Assembly: GCA_963789955.1 (NCBI GenBank)
Contig: CAWBMV010000022.1
Span: 256,001-320,000 of the forward strand
Reading direction: 5' to 3'
DNA: 64,000 nt
DNA from: an uncultured Candidatus Rokubacteria bacterium
GTDB taxonomy: Bacteria > Methylomirabilota > Methylomirabilia > Rokubacteriales > CSP1-6
Below are positions 61,138 through 64,000 of this stretch, one piece after another. The notes under the pieces were generated by a model. The model was not told where the DNA came from. It was given only the letters and a program-made list of their open reading frames with translations, and ran no database searches. Each line of letters begins with the position of its first letter. Positions within the stretch are counted from its first letter, which is position 1. The translations under genes were made by a program, and so were the position numbers.

Positions 61138-62085
61138 ATGGCTGTCGAGTTCGGTGTTCTGATCCCGACGCGCGAGGCCGTCATGTCCGGCCATCCGGAG
61201 ACGGCGCCGCTGCTGACGATGGCCGAGCGCGCCGAGGCCGCGGGCTTCGACTCCGTCTGGATCGGCGACTCGCTGATCGCGCGGCCGCGTCACGAGCCGC
61301 TGACCTTGATGGCCGCGATCGCCGGCCGCACGCGGCGCGTGCGCCTGGGCACCGGCGTGCTCCTGCCGGCGCTGCGCAATCCGGTCGTGCTGGCGCACAT
61401 CGTCGGCACGCTCGATCGAGCCGCGGAGGGCCGTGTCATCCTGGGCGTCGGCTTCGCCGCGGACAATCCGTCGATCCGAAAAGAGTTCGCCGCCGCCGGC
61501 GTGCCGTTCGAGCGCCGGATCGGCCGATTCCTCGAGACGATCGAGATCTGTCGGGCCCTCTGGCGCCGGGACCACGTGAGCTTCTCGGGCAAGCACTTCA
61601 CGCTCGACGACGTCACGATGGAGCCGAAGCCGCACCGCCCGGGCGGTCCGCCGATCTGGATCGGCGGCAGCGGCCCGACGGCCCTGCGCGAGGCCGCGCG
61701 CTTCGACGCGTGGTTCCCGACGGGGCCGAGCGTGGAATTCTTCGCCGAGCACTTTCCGGGCGTGCAGAAGGCGGCGCGCGCCGCGGGACGCCCGGCCGAC
61801 GCGGTCGCCGGCGCGGCGTACGTCACCCTTGCGCTCGACGCGAATCGCGCCGCCGCCGAGCAGCGGCTCAACACGTTTCTCGAGACGTACTACGCGGCGC
61901 CGGCGCGAACGATCCTGGCCCGCCAGGCGGCGTACGCGGGGCCGATCGAGGGCTGCGCGGAGTGGCTCCAGCGCTGGATCGACGCCGGCGCGCGTCACTT
62001 CACCTTGCGTTTCGCCGGCGGTGATCAGCTCGCGCAGGTGGACGAGGCGGCGTCGAAGCTTCTGCCGCGGCTCGAGCGCCGCTAG
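61138..62085 (+). CDS. LLM-class oxidoreductase
   Basis: GFDSVWIGD, RNPVVLA, PKP....PPIWIGG. Confidence 0.9.
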   Translation: MAVEFGVLIPTREAVMSGHPETAPLLTMAERAEAAGFDSVWIGDSLIARPRHEPLTLMAAIAGRTRRVRLGTGVLLPALRNPVVLAHIVGTLDRAAEGRVILGVGFAADNPSIRKEFAAAGVPFERRIGRFLETIEICRALWRRDHVSFSGKHFTLDDVTMEPKPHRPGGPPIWIGGSGPTALREAARFDAWFPTGPSVEFFAEHFPGVQKAARAAGRPADAVAGAAYVTLALDANRAAAEQRLNTFLETYYAAPARTILARQAAYAGPIEGCAEWLQRWIDAGARHFTLRFAGGDQLAQVDEAASKLLPRLERR

Positions 62086-62120
62086 CCCGAGATGGCCGGC
62101 GCGTCGCCGGCACGGGCGAC

Positions 62121-62984
62121 CTACGCGAGCTCGACCTCGGCACTCATCGCGATGGTGCCTTCGGGTGTGACGGCCCAGAGCTCGCAGCCGCGGCCGCTCG
62201 TCGGTCGCCCGCGGAGCTCGAAGGGCGCGGTGTCGAACAGTGGCGCTCTCGCCTGGGTCGCGTAGGACGCGATTCGCTTGCCGGGATTCTGATCGCGCGC
62301 GAAGTCGATGAGCAGGGTCGTCGTCAGCGGGCCGTGGACTACGAGACCGGGATAGCCTTCGACGTCCATGGCCCAGGTCCGGTCGTAGTGGATCCGGTGG
62401 CTGTTGAAGGTCAGCGCCGAAAAGCGAAAGAGCAGAACTGGATCGGGCGTGATGCTGCGCCGCCAGGGCGCGTCGCCGGGCGGCGAGTCGCGCCGCGGGG
62501 CTTGATTGCGCTCGCCCGCCTTGACCTCTTCGCGAAACACCGTCCGGCGCTCGTCCTCGAGCGCCAGACCGTTGGAGCCGTACACGCGGCTGGTGATGGT
62601 GGCGAAGACCAGCGTTCCGGTCCCGCCCTGCTTCACCGAGATGTCGGCGAGCCGGGTCTCGCGCCGCAAGGTCTCGCCGACGCGCACCGGGGCGTGGAAC
62701 CGTACGCGCTCGCCGGCGAACATCCGGCGGGGCAGCGCCAGCGGTGGAACGACGCCGGTGTCCCGCGGGCTCCCGTCGGGCCGCAGCGCGTCCGACGCGA
62801 CCCTCGGCAGGAAGTACAGTCCGAGCCAGGCCGGCGGCAGCGCGTCGCCGTCGCGGAATTCCGGCTCGGGGCGTCCGAGCGCCAGCCGCAGGAAGTTCGC
62901 GGGACCGGCGTGGATCACGTCGGTCGCGGTCTGGCTGCGCCCGATGTGCGTTCGAAGATCGTCGAGGTCGAGTGTCGTCGTCAT
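62121..62984 (-). CDS. Double hot-dog acyl-CoA dehydratase (mesaconyl-C4-CoA hydratase/HTD2-like)
   Basis: PRRMFAG, LFRFSALTFNSHRIHYD, VVHGPL. Confidence 0.88.
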   Translation of the reverse strand: MTTTLDLDDLRTHIGRSQTATDVIHAGPANFLRLALGRPEPEFRDGDALPPAWLGLYFLPRVASDALRPDGSPRDTGVVPPLALPRRMFAGERVRFHAPVRVGETLRRETRLADISVKQGGTGTLVFATITSRVYGSNGLALEDERRTVFREEVKAGERNQAPRRDSPPGDAPWRRSITPDPVLLFRFSALTFNSHRIHYDRTWAMDVEGYPGLVVHGPLTTTLLIDFARDQNPGKRIASYATQARAPLFDTAPFELRGRPTSGRGCELWAVTPEGTIAMSAEVELA

Positions 62985-63000
62985 GGCTCGCTCGTGTTCC

Positions 63001-63873
63001 TCAGTCGCGGAAGCGCTCGATCATCGTCTTGCCGTAGCGCAGCACGTCGTCGGGCGTCCTCACCTGTGCCGGAAGCCCGGCGGCCCCACTGACCGGCACG
63101 GCCACGCGCTTCACGCCGCGCCGGGTCAGGGCTTCGATCTCGGCGGGCTCGGTCGGCGCCGAGACCGTGATCTCGATGTCGTCGGGATTGCGCCCAGCTT
63201 CGGTGGCGGCCCGCCGCATCTCGTCCAGAAGCTCGGGCGCCGCGCCGCGCGCCGGGAAATACCCATCGCCCAGCCGTCCGGCCCTGCGCGCGGCCGCGCG
63301 CGTGTCGCCGCCGATGATGATCGGAACCCGGCCGTCGGCGGGCCGGGGCCGGCAGAAGACGTCGCGGAACGAGACGAAGCGGCCCGAGAAGCTCGCGCGC
63401 TCCTGGCTCCAGAGGGCGCGCATGGCCGCGACGTACTCGTCGGTGCGCGGCCCGCGATCCTCGAACGGCACGCCCAGGGTCGCGAACTCCTCGGCCAGCC
63501 AGCCCACACCGATGCCCAGGAGCACGCGGCGCCCGCCGCCGAGGTGATCGAGCGTGGCGACGGCCTTGGCGGTGACGACCGGATTGCGCTGCGGCAGGAT
63601 CAGGATCGCCGTGCCGAGCTTGAGCGTGCGCGTGGCGGACGCGATGTACGCGAGCCAGATCAGCGGATCCGGGATCGGGAAGTCCTCGAGCCCTGCGCCC
63701 ATGCGGCCCGTGTCCGAGTAGGGGTAGCGCGACTGATAGCCGTGGGGCACGACGACGTGCTCGACGGTCCAGATCGAATCGAACCCAGCCACCTCGGCAG
63801 CCTGCGCGAGCTCGACCGCCGCGGGCCCGCTCGAGTAGCGGCCAAGACTCGCGTAGCGCAGCCCGAATTTCAT
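63001..63873 (-). CDS. LLM-class (F420-dependent-like) oxidoreductase
   Basis: GFDSIWTVEHVV.P, PQRNPVV.AK..ATLD, GVGWL.EEF. Confidence 0.9.
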   Translation of the reverse strand: MKFGLRYASLGRYSSGPAAVELAQAAEVAGFDSIWTVEHVVVPHGYQSRYPYSDTGRMGAGLEDFPIPDPLIWLAYIASATRTLKLGTAILILPQRNPVVTAKAVATLDHLGGGRRVLLGIGVGWLAEEFATLGVPFEDRGPRTDEYVAAMRALWSQERASFSGRFVSFRDVFCRPRPADGRVPIIIGGDTRAAARRAGRLGDGYFPARGAAPELLDEMRRAATEAGRNPDDIEITVSAPTEPAEIEALTRRGVKRVAVPVSGAAGLPAQVRTPDDVLRYGKTMIERFRD

Positions 63874-63890
63874 TTACCGAGTACGTGAGA

Positions 63891-64000
63891 CCGGGACCAC
63901 CGAGGGTGGCGAGTGATAGACACGTGTGGCTCCGCTCGCCCGATCATCCTCTCGTGGTCCTGGCATTTGCCGCTCGCGCGATCATCCCTTGTGGTCTTGC
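63891..64000. repeat. Two ~32-bp direct repeats plus one degenerate inverted copy
   Basis: CCGCTCGC.CGATCATCC...GTGGTC.TG at 63932 and 63970; GGACCACCGAGGGTGGCGAGTGAT at 63894. Confidence 0.65.

Noticed and set aside
1..64000. About 20 genes with single frameshifts, read as mass pseudogenisation or programmed frameshifting
   Set aside because: These are isolated 1-nt indels in otherwise intact genes with no nonsense decay or slippery-site consensus, most consistent with long-read consensus errors; read polishing is needed to confirm

Overview
High-GC bacterial chromosomal segment. The expanded luciferase-like monooxygenases, orphan family-5 and ABC_sub_bind solute-binding proteins and catabolic enzymes suggest a Rokubacteria/Methylomirabilota-like soil organism, though this is inference only. 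Many genes carry isolated 1-nt frameshifts, most likely long-read assembly errors. The main accessory feature is a chromosomal integron at ~20.3-38.1 kb. Its intI is co-oriented with and upstream of the cassettes (inverted-integrase layout) and is inactivated by two large deletions. It is followed by a probable attI, seven consecutive intact attC-bounded cassettes (the first a toxin-antitoxin pair), a zone of damaged attC sites, and a run of co-oriented cassette-like genes with no attC, including a TIR(PF10137-like)-beta-barrel protein. Other highlights: an unannotated SelW/Rdx selenoprotein (CxxU, in-frame TGA plus SECIS-like hairpin), a Tgs1-like methyltransferase cassette, a 51-bp intergenic element present twice, a secreted beta-helix protein with a C-terminal HxxELR triple repeat, a poly-HAMP kinase N-terminus, and an uncharacterised catabolic cluster with two LigB-like dioxygenases.
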